Positions 28,815 to 42,324 of a stretch of DNA of 64,000 nt are shown in pieces. The stretch is taken from assembly GCA_963739455.1 (NCBI GenBank), contig CAVUAK010000001.1, positions 864,001 through 928,000 of the forward strand, written 5' to 3'. The translations under genes were made by a program, and so were the position numbers. Under the pieces are notes generated by a model. The model ran no database searches. It saw only the letters and a list, made by a program, of their open reading frames with translations, and was not told where the DNA came from. Position 1 is the stretch's first letter; each line of letters opens with the position of its first letter. The DNA is from an uncultured Gemmatimonadales bacterium. GTDB taxonomy: Bacteria > Gemmatimonadota > Gemmatimonadetes > Gemmatimonadales > GWC2-71-9.

Positions 28815-31280
28815 TCAGGGCTGGCGCTGCACCCGCTCGAGACGCTCCCGCGCCTGCTTCACCCGCACGTGCGTGCTGTCGAGCGTCGCGCGGAGCCCAT
28901 CGTAGCCGGCCTGGAGTTCCCTGAGCGCCTCCTCATGCCACGCGGTTCCCTTCATGGCCATGACATCGCCCAGCATGCTGTGCCCCTGTGCCGTGGCCCA
29001 GTTCGCATCGCCAAACACGGCGCGCCGAAGAGCCAGCCCCTCGCGTGCGTGTGCCTCGCCAGTCGCGACGCGACCAAGCTGTGCCTCGCACCATCCCCCG
29101 AAGAGCAACGCGGTACCAACAGAGGGGTCTTCGTCCGAGAGGCTCCTGCCGCGCAGGCCAATGATGTGCTGCGCGAGTTCGAGGGCCTCCTCGCAGCGAC
29201 CGGCATCCGCCAGGATGTTCATCAGCATGCGCGATGACTGGATGGTCCGCGCATTGTCGGGCCCGAACTCGAGCGCAGTCAGGCGCCATGCCTCGCGGGC
29301 ACTTGCTTCGGCCTCCGGATACTTGCCCAGGAAGAGCTGCGTGCCCGCCAGCGGCTGCAGTACCGCCGCGATCGCGTCGGGCCGGAGCTTCGCGGCTCCT
29401 GCCAGTGCGAGCGCCTCGGTCAGTCGCGGCTCCGCCTCGGCGTAGCGGCCCATCTGCGCCAGCGCGGTCCCGACATTGGCCAGCATGGTGACCCGAAGCG
29501 CGGTGTCCCGGGCGAGGGCATCGGCCCGGTGCGCCATGCCATTCTCGTAGAGGGTGATCGCGTCGGCGAAGCGACCCTGCGCTGATACCGCGCCCGCAAG
29601 GTTGTTGAGTCCGGCCCAGATCTCGGTTGAGTCACCGTCCAGTGCGTGGTACATCGCGAACGAGGCGACATAGAGCGACTCGGCGCGCACCGGGGAGCCG
29701 GCCTCGGCCTCTATGCCCGCCAGGTTGTAGAGCGCATCGGCGTATTCGTGACTTGGCCGGCCGGCCTGCTGCCAGTACGCCACCGCGCTCTCGACCAGCG
29801 GCCGAGCCCGCTCGAACATGAACAGCTCCGTCAAGGTGCTGCCGATGGTGTTCTTGGTGATGGCACTGAGTTCCGGCTGGTCCCGCAGCGTTGAATCGAT
29901 CCGCGGCAAGACGCTGTCGATGGCGGCCGTAACCGTGACGCTGCCACCCTGCTCATTCGGCTTGGCCTCACTCAATACGTCCCGGAGAAACTGGGTGACC
30001 TGTTCGGTGTGATGCTGCGCCTGGCGCGCGGCATCCCGTTCGGCGCGTGCGACAGCAGCCTGGTGCACGCTCACGATGGTGGCGCCGACGAGTGCCAGTG
30101 CCGCGACGCCCGCAGCGCCCGTCGCGAGCCGGTTCCGGCTCACGAACTTCCGCACCCGATACCCGGTCGTGTCCGGCTGCGCGAGGACCGGGCGCCCCGA
30201 CAGGTAGCGATGCAGGTCCTCGTTGAGTTGCGCCACCGAGCTGTAGCGTCGCGCCGGCTCGGGGCGCATCGCCTTCAGGATGATGGCGTCGAGTTCGCCC
30301 GCGAGCTCCTTCCGGAGCCGTCCGGCATCGGTCAGGCCGGCTCGCGCGACTGATTCATCCGTCACGGACCGGCTGGGGAGGATCGCAACTCGCTCCGCAG
30401 CTGCCTGGATCGCAGCCGTGATCGCCATTCCCTCGAAGGGGCGCGCACCCGTGGTCAGTTCGTAGAGGATCACGCCGAGCGAGTAGATGTCGCTCGCCAC
30501 GCCCACGGGGCTGCCGGTGAGCTGCTCCGGGCTGGCATACGCCGCCGTCATGGGCAGGACGCCAGTCTGCGTGATCGGGGCGTCGCTGTCGACCGCCTCC
30601 GCCAGGAGCTTGGCGATGCCGAAATCGAGCAGCTTGGCGTGCCCCTCGCTGCTGATGAAGATGTTCGCGGGCTTGAGGTCGCGATGCACGATGAGCTGCT
30701 CGTGGGCGTACTGCACGGCCCCGCACACCGAGCGGAAGAGGTCGAGCCGGGCCTGCAGGCTGAGTCGGCGCGTGCGAGCTGCCACATCGATCGGCTCCCC
30801 GTCCACGTACTCCATCACGAAGTACGGCATGCCACTCGGGCTCACGCCGCCGTCGAGGAGCGCGGCGATGTTGGGATGGTCGAGCCGCGCGAGGATCTGC
30901 CGCTCCTGGCGAAACCGGCGCACCACCGCGCCGCCGTGGCCGGACACCACCGTCTTGAGCGCGACCCGCTTGTCGAAGGAGTCGTCCACGCGCCTGGCTT
31001 CATACACCGCACCCATGCCGCCCCGCCCGATTTCCCGCACCACCTGGTAGGCACCGATTCTCTGTCCCGGCTCGGCACCGGAGACGGGGAGCTCATCGTC
31101 CAGTGTCGGGGGTTCCTCGAAGCGATGCCCGGCGCTCGCGAGTGCATGCAGGAGGGCGTCCGCTTCGCGACGCACATCGGCATCGGGCTCCGCGGCCAGG
31201 ATCGCAGCGCGCGCCTGGATCGGCGCATCCTCGAGCTCGCCGAAGAGGTCCTTTACGCGTTGCCATCGCTCCTGATCCAT
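28815..31280 (-). CDS. Ser/Thr kinase with TM and TPR domain (ECF-associated type)
   Basis: MDQERWQRVKDLF, GRGGMGAVY, RFRQERQILARLDHPNIA, HRDLKPAN, TPR C-terminus. Confidence 0.92.
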   Translation of the reverse strand: MDQERWQRVKDLFGELEDAPIQARAAILAAEPDADVRREADALLHALASAGHRFEEPPTLDDELPVSGAEPGQRIGAYQVVREIGRGGMGAVYEARRVDDSFDKRVALKTVVSGHGGAVVRRFRQERQILARLDHPNIAALLDGGVSPSGMPYFVMEYVDGEPIDVAARTRRLSLQARLDLFRSVCGAVQYAHEQLIVHRDLKPANIFISSEGHAKLLDFGIAKLLAEAVDSDAPITQTGVLPMTAAYASPEQLTGSPVGVASDIYSLGVILYELTTGARPFEGMAITAAIQAAAERVAILPSRSVTDESVARAGLTDAGRLRKELAGELDAIILKAMRPEPARRYSSVAQLNEDLHRYLSGRPVLAQPDTTGYRVRKFVSRNRLATGAAGVAALALVGATIVSVHQAAVARAERDAARQAQHHTEQVTQFLRDVLSEAKPNEQGGSVTVTAAIDSVLPRIDSTLRDQPELSAITKNTIGSTLTELFMFERARPLVESAVAYWQQAGRPSHEYADALYNLAGIEAEAGSPVRAESLYVASFAMYHALDGDSTEIWAGLNNLAGAVSAQGRFADAITLYENGMAHRADALARDTALRVTMLANVGTALAQMGRYAEAEPRLTEALALAGAAKLRPDAIAAVLQPLAGTQLFLGKYPEAEASAREAWRLTALEFGPDNARTIQSSRMLMNILADAGRCEEALELAQHIIGLRGRSLSDEDPSVGTALLFGGWCEAQLGRVATGEAHAREGLALRRAVFGDANWATAQGHSMLGDVMAMKGTAWHEEALRELQAGYDGLRATLDSTHVRVKQARERLERVQRQP

Positions 31281-31840
31281 CACGCCAGCTCCTTTGCCAG
31301 CCACGCCCGCGCGAGTGCCCAGTCCCGCTTTGCCGTCGCAGGGGAGATGGACAGCAGCTCTGCCGCTTCCTCGATGCTGAACCCCGCGAAGTAGCGGAGC
31401 TCCACCAGCTGTGCGGCCCGCGGATCGAGCCGGGCGAAGCGCTCCAGCGCCTCGTCCACCGCAAGGACCTCGTCGGCTGGCAGCTCCACTGCTCCTGCCG
31501 CCCTTTCATCGAGCGATACACCCTGCTGGCGGCTCCGCTTGTGCGCCGTCCGGCGTCGTGCATGGTCCACGAGGATCCGCCGCATGGCACGCGACGCCAC
31601 GCCGAAGAAATGCGCGCGCCCCTGCCAGTCGATGCTGGCGCTGTCCACCAGTCGCAGGTAGGCCTCGTGCACCAACCCGGTGGTGCCGAGCGTGTGATCC
31701 GGCCGCTCCTGTCGCATGTGGGCGTCGGCCAGCCGCTTCAGCTCGCCGTACACCAGCGGAAGCAGTGCTTCCATGGCGTCGGCGCGGCCATGCGACGCCT
31801 CGAGGAGCAGGCGGGTGATGTCGGAAGACGAAGTGTCCAA
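31280..31840 (-). CDS. ECF sigma factor (TIGR02999-like); start uncertain (31840 or 31888)
   Basis: DITRLL, LLPLVYGELKRLA, HTLGTTGLVHEAYLRL, MRRILVDHARRR, KRDWALARAWL. Confidence 0.9.
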   Translation of the reverse strand: MDTSSSDITRLLLEASHGRADAMEALLPLVYGELKRLADAHMRQERPDHTLGTTGLVHEAYLRLVDSASIDWQGRAHFFGVASRAMRRILVDHARRRTAHKRSRQQGVSLDERAAGAVELPADEVLAVDEALERFARLDPRAAQLVELRYFAGFSIEEAAELLSISPATAKRDWALARAWLAKELA

Positions 31841-32010
31841 GGGATCCGGCGTGAGGGCCGCCGTATCTTCGTCCGCCTCACATGGCACCGTCAAGGAGGA
31901 ATGCGCATCCAGAGGGGAAACCGGCTCATGGAGCGTTCGATGAGCCGGTTTGCGAGTCGAATGCGCCTTGGAGACAGGAACTACCCCGACTTCCCCATCA
32001 GGAGCGTGCG

Positions 32011-33081
32011 ATGAAGGCTCAAGAGTTGTGGCGCCTGGCCGTGCCGGTCGTGCTGGTCCTTGCCGCCGCCTGTGGCAGCGATTCCGGGTCACCCCCGCCT
32101 GCGGGGGAGACCGGAAACTTGAGCATTCAGGTGACGGGCCTGCCGCCGGGATCGACCGCCGCTGCGACCGTGACCGGGCCTGGCGGCTACAACGAAGCCA
32201 CCGTCTCAGGGACCCTGCTGAGTGGGCTCGACGTCGGCGCCTATACCGTCGCGGGTGCGCCGGTGAGCGACGCCGGATTCAGTTATCAGGCAAGCGCCGC
32301 CGCTGCCACGGTGACCGATGGCGGCACTGCAACCGCGACGCTGACCTACGCCATCAAGACCCTGCCCCGAAGCACGGCGAACCGCCCCGACAACGGCGTG
32401 GTCAACAAGTACCGCGTGATGTACGTCCTGCCGAGCGATGGCACGGACCGGAACCTGGACACCGACGGCACCATCATCCGCACCGTGTCATCGTTCCAGC
32501 GCTGGTTCGCGACCCAGACCGGCGGGCGCCACCTTCGTCTCGACATGAGCGATGACGCGCTGGACATCACCTTTGCCCGCATCGGCCGGACCGACGCCAC
32601 GATGAAATCCTACGGTGACTTCATTCGCGATACCCTGGAGAAGGAACTGGTGGCGGGAGGCTACTCGTCGCCCAGCACGATGCTGCTGGTCTATTACGAT
32701 GGCGGACACCAGTCGCGCTGCGGGTCCGCTGCGACGCCGCCGGCACTGGTTGGCCCGGTGGGCGCGATCTTCATCAAGGGCCTGGCCGGTACGCCCTTCG
32801 CCTGCGCCAACAACCCGTTTGCAGCCACACCGTGGGCCGCGCCCACCTACATCGAGTTCACCGCGGCCCACGAGGCGCTTCACCTGCTGGGCATCGTGAG
32901 TTCCGGCGCGCCCGACTTCAACATCTATCACGTCGACAATGACCCGACCGACCTCATGTACGCCGGGGCACAGCCGTGGCATCCCTCCACGCTCGATGTG
33001 ACGAAGACCAACTACTACAACAGCACCTCCCTGCCGGGAGGTATCACCAACTTCTCGAACTCGGCCTACCTCACACCGTAA
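32011..33081 (+). CDS. lipoprotein, putative Zn metallopeptidase
   Basis: LAAAC lipobox, AAHEALHLLG (HExxH), DLMY Met-turn-like. Confidence 0.7.
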   Translation: MKAQELWRLAVPVVLVLAAACGSDSGSPPPAGETGNLSIQVTGLPPGSTAAATVTGPGGYNEATVSGTLLSGLDVGAYTVAGAPVSDAGFSYQASAAAATVTDGGTATATLTYAIKTLPRSTANRPDNGVVNKYRVMYVLPSDGTDRNLDTDGTIIRTVSSFQRWFATQTGGRHLRLDMSDDALDITFARIGRTDATMKSYGDFIRDTLEKELVAGGYSSPSTMLLVYYDGGHQSRCGSAATPPALVGPVGAIFIKGLAGTPFACANNPFAATPWAAPTYIEFTAAHEALHLLGIVSSGAPDFNIYHVDNDPTDLMYAGAQPWHPSTLDVTKTNYYNSTSLPGGITNFSNSAYLTP

Positions 33082-33336
33082 CGGTCGCCGGAGGCTGCGG
33101 GCGGCTCACGCTGCCCGCAGCGCGCGGTGTCCTCTGGGGCGTCCCGCTGGATGTACACGTTAGGCAAGACGAATCCTTCCGCAGTTTTTGGACAGCACAT
33201 CACAATTCTGCCTGTGACAGCGAGTTACGGGGATCTTGTCGTCAGGGTGATTTTCGGCAGGGTTCGTGCTATTGGCCGCGCTCGTACCCATCCAAGACTG
33301 GAGCGCGGGGCGCGCGAGTGCCTCGTAACACAAGGC

Positions 33337-33693
33337 ATGAGAGCGAACCGTACTCTTCCGATCGGCACCACTACGTGGCGCGTGCTTGCCACGTTCGATT
33401 TCGATAACCAGGACCTGAGCGGCCGCGCTGCGCTGGTCGAGGGCGCTACGCTGCTGTTGCTGCGTCCTGACACGCTGCTCGAGGCCATTCCCCTCGTTGA
33501 GCTCGAGCTCATCGGTGAAGCCAACCCGGTGCTCGGCACCGACCCGGCCTTGTACCGGGCGCCGCTCCGGCTGCGGGATGGCCGCACCCTCGCCGTGACC
33601 GGTGAGCTGATGGACCTGGACCTGCTGGAGCGCTGGGTGGGGTACCTGCATGACCGGCAGCGGAAGGGCCGTACGGCGGGAGTTCGGAGGTAG
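33337..33693 (+). CDS. hypothetical protein
   Basis: ATG after AAGG; GC3-rich 118-aa ORF. Confidence 0.55.
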   Translation: MRANRTLPIGTTTWRVLATFDFDNQDLSGRAALVEGATLLLLRPDTLLEAIPLVELELIGEANPVLGTDPALYRAPLRLRDGRTLAVTGELMDLDLLERWVGYLHDRQRKGRTAGVRR

Positions 33694-36261
<2,568 letters not shown>

Positions 36262-36265
<4 letters not shown>

Positions 36266-37233
36266 GGTGCCACCACATAGGGAGTTCCACCGAGCTTGGC
36301 CTTGATCTTCGCCGCCGCCGCGGTTGCCTCGGCGCGAGTGGAGTACTCGCCCAGACGCACCTTGAAGTAGCCGCCATCCTTCACCACGATGCCGCTGAAC
36401 CCCGCCTTCCTTGCGCGATTGAGCATCTCGTCGGCCACGTCCTGGGTATTCGCCGCCACGATCTGCACCCGGTACGCGGATGGAACCGGTGCCGTTGCGG
36501 AGGGCGCAGGGCGGGGCAGCACCGGGATCGGTCCCGGTGGCTGGGGGATCTCGTTCAACTTGATCAGCGTGTCACGTGGCGGGACCGGAGGCGCAGCAGT
36601 GACCGGTGGACGCACCACGGTATCGGGCGCGGGCGCCGTGGCGACCGGTGCGGCCGCTGGCGGTGCCGGTACGGGCGTTGCCGTGGTCGCAGGACTGGCG
36701 GGACAACGGCGACTCAGGGCCAGGAGTTCTCCGCGGGCAGACGCGTCGCCGTTCGCCCGCGCCAGGCCATCGCTCACCCACTGACATGCCGCACTGGTGT
36801 TGTTGACATCGAAGCCGGCGCGCGCTCCCCAGAGGGCGGCCACCGTATAGAGCGATGAGGTGGCGTGATCGGTGCGGAATTTCTCCAGCGTCCGGCCGGC
36901 GGCAGCAGGGTCGCCATTCGCGTAGTCCAGTTGCGCCAGTGCGATCATCGCCGGCTCGGCCCAGGGCGAGAAGGGATACTCCACGATGACGCGCTGGAGT
37001 TGGCGTCGCACCTCTTCCGCAGTAGGTGCCACGAGAGCCGAGCTGTAGAGGATACCGGGAAAGAGTGAGTCGGTGGGGACAGTGGACTGCTCCATCCGCT
37101 TGAGCGTTGCGCGCGCGGAGTCGATGCGACCGTCCTGAGCGAGACGCAGGGCCGCGGTCAGCTCCGAGGACTGAGCGGCAAGATGACAAGGCGGCAAGAC
37201 GGCAAGAAACAGCAACAGAGTCAGGAACCTCAT
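36262..37233 (-). CDS. secreted TPR plus SPOR domain protein
   Basis: Signal peptide, helical repeats, Pro-rich linker, YRVQIVA...YFKVRLGEYSTRAEA. Confidence 0.85.
37176..37207 (-). repeat. 8-bp tandem repeat inside a signal peptide
   Basis: Minus strand TCTTGCCG TCTTGCCG CCTTGTCA TCTTGCCG. Confidence 0.7.
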
Positions 37234-38288
37234 GCGACTCGCTCTGAGCGTGAAATCCCCATGCGCATCACCAACTCTCCCAGCAATGCCTGTTCATCGC
37301 TGAGCGTCGTGCTCTTGAGTGCCTGGTCAGTGGCGAGTGTCGCGCGAATGGCAGCGCTGAGGCGCGAGGCAGGCCAGCGTTCCGACCAGCGAGCCCATTT
37401 TGCCGCCTCGGCCTTCCACTCCGGCAGGCCGTACGGCTTCGAAACAAGCATCGAACGAAAAATGGCCCCCTCGAGCGCGCCCCCCTTCGTGCCCTTGTCG
37501 CGATGCGCGCGCGCCAGCGACACGCCCGAGAGAGAGGTGCCGAGCAGGCTCACGAGCTTCACCCCGGAGATGCCCGACTGGTCGAGCACCGGGCGCAGCA
37601 AGGTGAGTGCCTTGCCGGTGGCATCGTCAAGCACGGCGTCACGCCAGTCGAACATCGTCTCGCCGTGACGCACGCCAACGAGGTCGCCCACCAGTTCGCG
37701 GGTGAGCTGCGTGCCCGGCGCGAGCGATGCCAGCTTCGCCAGTTCTGCATCGAGTGTGGTGAGGTCCCCACCCACCGCGTGGAGAAGGTGTTCCGCGGCC
37801 TCGGTCTCCAGGGTGATGCCCAGTTGCTCGGAACGGTGCCCCAGCCAGCGCAGCACCCGCTCAGGCGGCAGTGCCGCACAGCGGACCGTCACCGCGAGCC
37901 GGGCGAACTCCGCCTCGGGGTCGGGATCAGCGCCTCCCTGTACCAGCACCAGCACCGTCTCCACCGCCGGCCTGGCGAGATAGCGCAGCAGCTCGGCCCG
38001 TCCCCGCGCCTTCTTCTGCCACCCCTCCACGTCGCGCAGGATGACCACCCGACGGTCGGCCATCATCGGCAGCGTGTTGAGCAGCGTGGACAACTCTTCA
38101 GGATCGAGTGAGGTGGCGGTGCGCTGGTCGAAATTGAAGTCGCGCAGGGAAGGATCGAGCACCCGATCGGTGATTTCGCGGACCAGGTCGACCTTGAGAA
38201 GGTCCTCCGCGCCTACCAGATAGTAGACGGCGGAAACGTCGCCCTTCTTCAGGGCGCGGAGGGTGGCATCAAAGGTCTGTTCGGGCAC
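37230..38288 (-). CDS. holA: DNA polymerase III delta subunit
   Basis: VYYLVGAEDLLK, DFNFD, TLPMMADRRVVILR, ELAKL. Confidence 0.9.
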   Translation of the reverse strand: MPEQTFDATLRALKKGDVSAVYYLVGAEDLLKVDLVREITDRVLDPSLRDFNFDQRTATSLDPEELSTLLNTLPMMADRRVVILRDVEGWQKKARGRAELLRYLARPAVETVLVLVQGGADPDPEAEFARLAVTVRCAALPPERVLRWLGHRSEQLGITLETEAAEHLLHAVGGDLTTLDAELAKLASLAPGTQLTRELVGDLVGVRHGETMFDWRDAVLDDATGKALTLLRPVLDQSGISGVKLVSLLGTSLSGVSLARAHRDKGTKGGALEGAIFRSMLVSKPYGLPEWKAEAAKWARWSERWPASRLSAAIRATLATDQALKSTTLSDEQALLGELVMRMGISRSERVA

Positions 38289-38342
38289 GCCACATCCTAT
38301 TTCCTGACCGGGGTAAATAGAAGGGGCTTGCGTGTGCCGAGC

Positions 38343-38885
38343 TCACGCCCGCCGGTGGAAGCACTGCACGAACATCAAGGCAGTCAACGTCTTGGCGTCG
38401 CGGATCTCCCCCTGCCGAATCCGGCGGCCGACTTCCGACCAGCGAACCTCGTGGACCTCCATGAACTCGTCGGCCTCACGAGCGGTCGGAACCGGGGTAA
38501 GATTATGGGCAGAGTAGAGATGGATCAGTTCGTCGGTGAAGCCCGGGGTGGTGAGTATCGACACCAGCGGCACTAACTGCCCGGCCGACATGCCCGCTTC
38601 CTCCCGCAATTCCCGTCGGGCACAGTCCTCGGGTGCCTCGCCATCGTCCAGGCGGCCTGCGGGAATTTCCCACAGGTATCCGTCGGCGGCGTGGCGAAAC
38701 TGGCGCAGCATGAGCACCCGCGGGTCGGCGGAATCGGGCGGGTCTACGAAAGGCACCACGGCCGCGGCGCCGGGATGCCGTATCATTTCGAGGTGGCCGA
38801 TGCTGCCATCCGGGAACTTCACGGTATCGACATCGAGGTCGATGATCCGCCCGGAATACTTTCGCTCAGTGGTGATCCTGGTCAT
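38343..38885 (-). CDS. NUDIX hydrolase (ADP-ribose pyrophosphatase-like)
   Basis: HPGAAAVV, GRLDDGEAPEDCARRELREEAG Nudix box, TPGFTDE, DAKT. Confidence 0.92.
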   Translation of the reverse strand: MTRITTERKYSGRIIDLDVDTVKFPDGSIGHLEMIRHPGAAAVVPFVDPPDSADPRVLMLRQFRHAADGYLWEIPAGRLDDGEAPEDCARRELREEAGMSAGQLVPLVSILTTPGFTDELIHLYSAHNLTPVPTAREADEFMEVHEVRWSEVGRRIRQGEIRDAKTLTALMFVQCFHRRA

Positions 38886-38918
38886 GGTTGCTCCTCTTTG
38901 GCCGCGTGAATTCTAGCC

Positions 38919-41682
38919 ATGACTGCTGTTGACCCCACTCCCGAGGTCGTTCCAGCGCCGCGGATGGTGCTCTGGCCACTCATCATCGTGGGAGTGCTCC
39001 TCGCAGGCGCCGCCGTCTGGTATGCCCAGGCGGCTGACGTCAACCTCAAGGGCGCGGCGCGTCTCTCCATCGTCCTTGCGCCTGGCGTCGTGGCACTGGC
39101 GTGGTCCCTCATCGCGTATGCCCTCGCGTTCCGGCCCGCCTTTCCCCAGGTGCCAGCGCGCTGGTGGCTCATCGCGCTGGCAGGACTCTCCCAGTCCCTC
39201 GGGTTCGTCATCTTTGCCTTCCGCGACCAGACCCCGAACATTCGACTCCCTGGTCCCGCCGCCGAGGCGGTCAGCCTGGCGATGCAGTTCTGCTTCATCG
39301 CGGTGCAGCCGCTCATGGTGCTGGGCCTCGCGGCATTCCCCTCGACGGAGCTTGGTCGACTCGCGCGTCGCAGGTACCTCCTCGATGCAACGATCATCGC
39401 GCTGAGCGGCGCGCTCGTGCTCTGGGCGGTGTCGAGCCAGCGCGCGGCGCTCGTGGGGAGCAGCCGGCCATCAGTGCTGCAGGTGCTGTATGCAGTTGGC
39501 GACCTGCTGGTGCTCTTCACCCTCGCCACCCACCTGTTCCGGCTGTCGCCCCGGCTCCCGCTCTGGCAGGGGCTGGCGTTGTTCACGCTCGGTGCCGGGC
39601 TCATGCTGCTCACCAACAGCTGGGTACCCAACCAGCCCGCCGCCGCCTCGCTGCGTGGTGCCATGCCGCACGAGCGCACCTTCTACGCGGAACTGCTGTT
39701 CGTCGCGGGCCTGGCCTGGCTGTGGGTCTGTGCCGGCTCCCAGGGTGCTCCCACCACTGCGGAGAGACGATCCACCGGTGTCGGGCTCGTCTCCTTCGGC
39801 GCGCTCGCGGCGGGCTACGTCCTGCTTGCGGTGGTGGCGAGCCGCAGCGAGTCGCGGCTCGTCATCGGCCTGACCATCGGCGCGGCGGTGCTTACGGCGG
39901 TGGTGGTGCTGCGACAGATCGTCACCGTGCGCGAGAACCTCGACCACGCGGCACAACGCACCCGCCGCAGCGTGGAGGAGCGGTTCGAGTCGCTGGTTGC
40001 CAATGCGTCGGAGGCGATCGTGGTGGTGGACCGGGACGGAACAGTGCTCTATGCCAGCCCCTCGGTACAGCGCCTCCTCGGCCTGGTCCCGGAGGAAGTG
40101 ATCGGCCGGCCATTCGACGCGCTGCTGCACCCCGATGAGTCGGTCTCCGCGCGGACGTTCCTGCACGAGCTGCTGGCGCGCCCCTGGGGAAGCACGGTGC
40201 GCTCGTGGCGGCTGCGTCGCGCCGACGGCGGCTGGGCGTGGGGGGAGACGACGGCGACCAACCTGCTCGCCGACCCGAACGTGCGCGGCATCGTGCTCAA
40301 CACCCGCGACATCACCGAGCGCCGCGAGCTGGAGCAGCGCCTCACGCACCAGGCGATGCACGATGGGCTCACCGGCCTCGCCAACCGCGTGCTCCTGCGG
40401 AGCCGGCTCGAGGCGGCACTGCGTCGCCCGCGGCCCGGTTCCGCGCTGCCGCCGGCGCTCCTCTTCCTCGATCTCGACGGGTTCAAGGGCGTCAACGACA
40501 CCTTCGGTCATGCGCAGGGCGACGCCCTGCTCATCGCGGCCGCGACGCGCCTGCGGGAGCAGGTCGGCGCGCAGGACGTCGTGGCCCGCCTGGGTGGCGA
40601 CGAGTTCGCGGTGCTGCTCGAGTCTCCCCGCGACCGGCAGGCAGTGCTCGACATAGCGCAACCGGATCACCTCGGCGCTCAAGGTGCCGTTCCGCGTGTT
40701 CGGCCGGGAGACGGCGGGCTCCGCGAGCCTTGGCGTCGCCATCGCCGACCCGGTCGACTCCGCCGGCGACGTGCTGCGCCATGCCGATGTGGCGATGTAT
40801 CTCGCCAAGGCCAACGGCCGCGGGCGCTACGAGCTCTTCGAGCCACGCATGCTCGAGTCGGTGGTGGGGCGGCTCGGCCTGCAGTCCGACCTGCGCCGGG
40901 CACTCGACGATCCCGACAGCCGGGAGTTCCTCTTCGACTACCAGCCGATCGTGGAACTCGCGACGCAGCGCGTGGTGGGCGTCGAGGCGCTGATTCGCTG
41001 GGATCATCCCGTGCAGGGGCGCATCACGCCGGCGGTCTTCGTGCCGCTCGCGGAGGAGACCGGGCTCATCGTGCCACTCGGCCGTCGCGTGCTGCATCTC
41101 GCCTGTCGCGATTCGGCACCCTGGGTGCGCGAGTATCCCGGGATGCACGTCACCGTGAACCTCTCGGCGCGACAGCTACCCGATCCTGCGCTCGCCGCCG
41201 AGGTCGCCGATGCACTCGCGAAGTCGGGCCTGCCACCGGCGTCCCTGGTGCTGGAGCTCACCGAGAGCGCCATCATGCAGCAGCCGGAGCGCTCGGCGCA
41301 GGTGTTCCGCGAGCTGCGCGGTCTCGGTGTGCGGCTCGCGATCGACGATTTCGGCACCGGATACTCGTCGCTGAGCTACTTGCAGCAGCTGCCAGCGGCG
41401 ATCCTCAAGATCGATCGCTCGTTCCTCACCTCGCTCGACCAGGGGCCGAACGGGGCGACGCTGGTGAAGGGCATCATCGGCCTCGCGAACGGCCTGGGGC
41501 TCATCACGGTGGCGGAAGGGATCGAGACGGAGGAACAGGCGACCATCCTCCGTGCGCTGGGCTGCAGCTGCGGGCAGGGACTGCTCTTCTCGCCACCGTT
41601 GCCGGCGGCGCAGGTGAGTGACTGGCTCGATGATGCGGCGGTGATCAGTGCATCGGGCGGGGCACGGGTACTGGGGCGCTGA
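38919..41682 (+). CDS. membrane sensor-PAS-GGDEF-EAL protein; apparent +1 frameshift near 40659
   Basis: Multiple TMs, PAS, HDGLTGLANR, RLGGDEF, then EALIRW and DDFGTGYSS in the next frame. Confidence 0.9.
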
Positions 41683-42291
41683 TCAGCGGTTCGGTACCAG
41701 GCTTTGCACCCAGGCCACCGGCACCTTCCACGACTCCGCCATGAGGTATCCCAGTTCGAGCCGTGGGTTCTCCGAGATGGGGCTCGTGGTGGTGGGGGAA
41801 AGATACGCCGTGATGCCGGTGCGACGCGCCTCGACCCGGAGGCGCGCCATGTGGAACGGGTCGCTCACCAGGATCACCGTCTTCACCTTCGCCTTCTTTA
41901 CCCACGCGGCGACGGCGGTCATTGATTCCCCGGTGGACCGCCCCTCGGCCTCGAGCGAAATGGCCGACGCCGGCACGCCGCGCGCCGTGAGATAGCGCTT
42001 GCCCACCGTGGCTTCGCTCTCCACATCACCCCGGCCCACGCCGCCAGTGAGCATCACCTTGGGCGCCAGGCCGGCGCGATAGAGCGCGAGGGCATGATCC
42101 AGCCGAGCCTGAAGCACCGGGGACGGCCGGCCGTTGTACTGCGCCGCGCCGAGCACCACGATGGCATCGGCCGGCCTGCGCTCATCTACCGTGGCGGTAC
42201 TGAGCACCACCACAAAGGCGGCAACGAGGGCCACCGCCGCGAGCAGCGCCAGCCCGAGGAATGCGCGGGACAAACGGCGGATGATGCTCAT
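41683..42291 (-). CDS. YdcF/DUF218 family protein
   Basis: ADAIVVLGAA, ARLDHA, LTGG, VSDPFHMAR. Confidence 0.9.
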   Translation of the reverse strand: MSIIRRLSRAFLGLALLAAVALVAAFVVVLSTATVDERRPADAIVVLGAAQYNGRPSPVLQARLDHALALYRAGLAPKVMLTGGVGRGDVESEATVGKRYLTARGVPASAISLEAEGRSTGESMTAVAAWVKKAKVKTVILVSDPFHMARLRVEARRTGITAYLSPTTTSPISENPRLELGYLMAESWKVPVAWVQSLVPNR

Positions 42292-42324
42292 GTCGACTGG
42301 GGAACGGCTCGGCGACGTGCCGGC

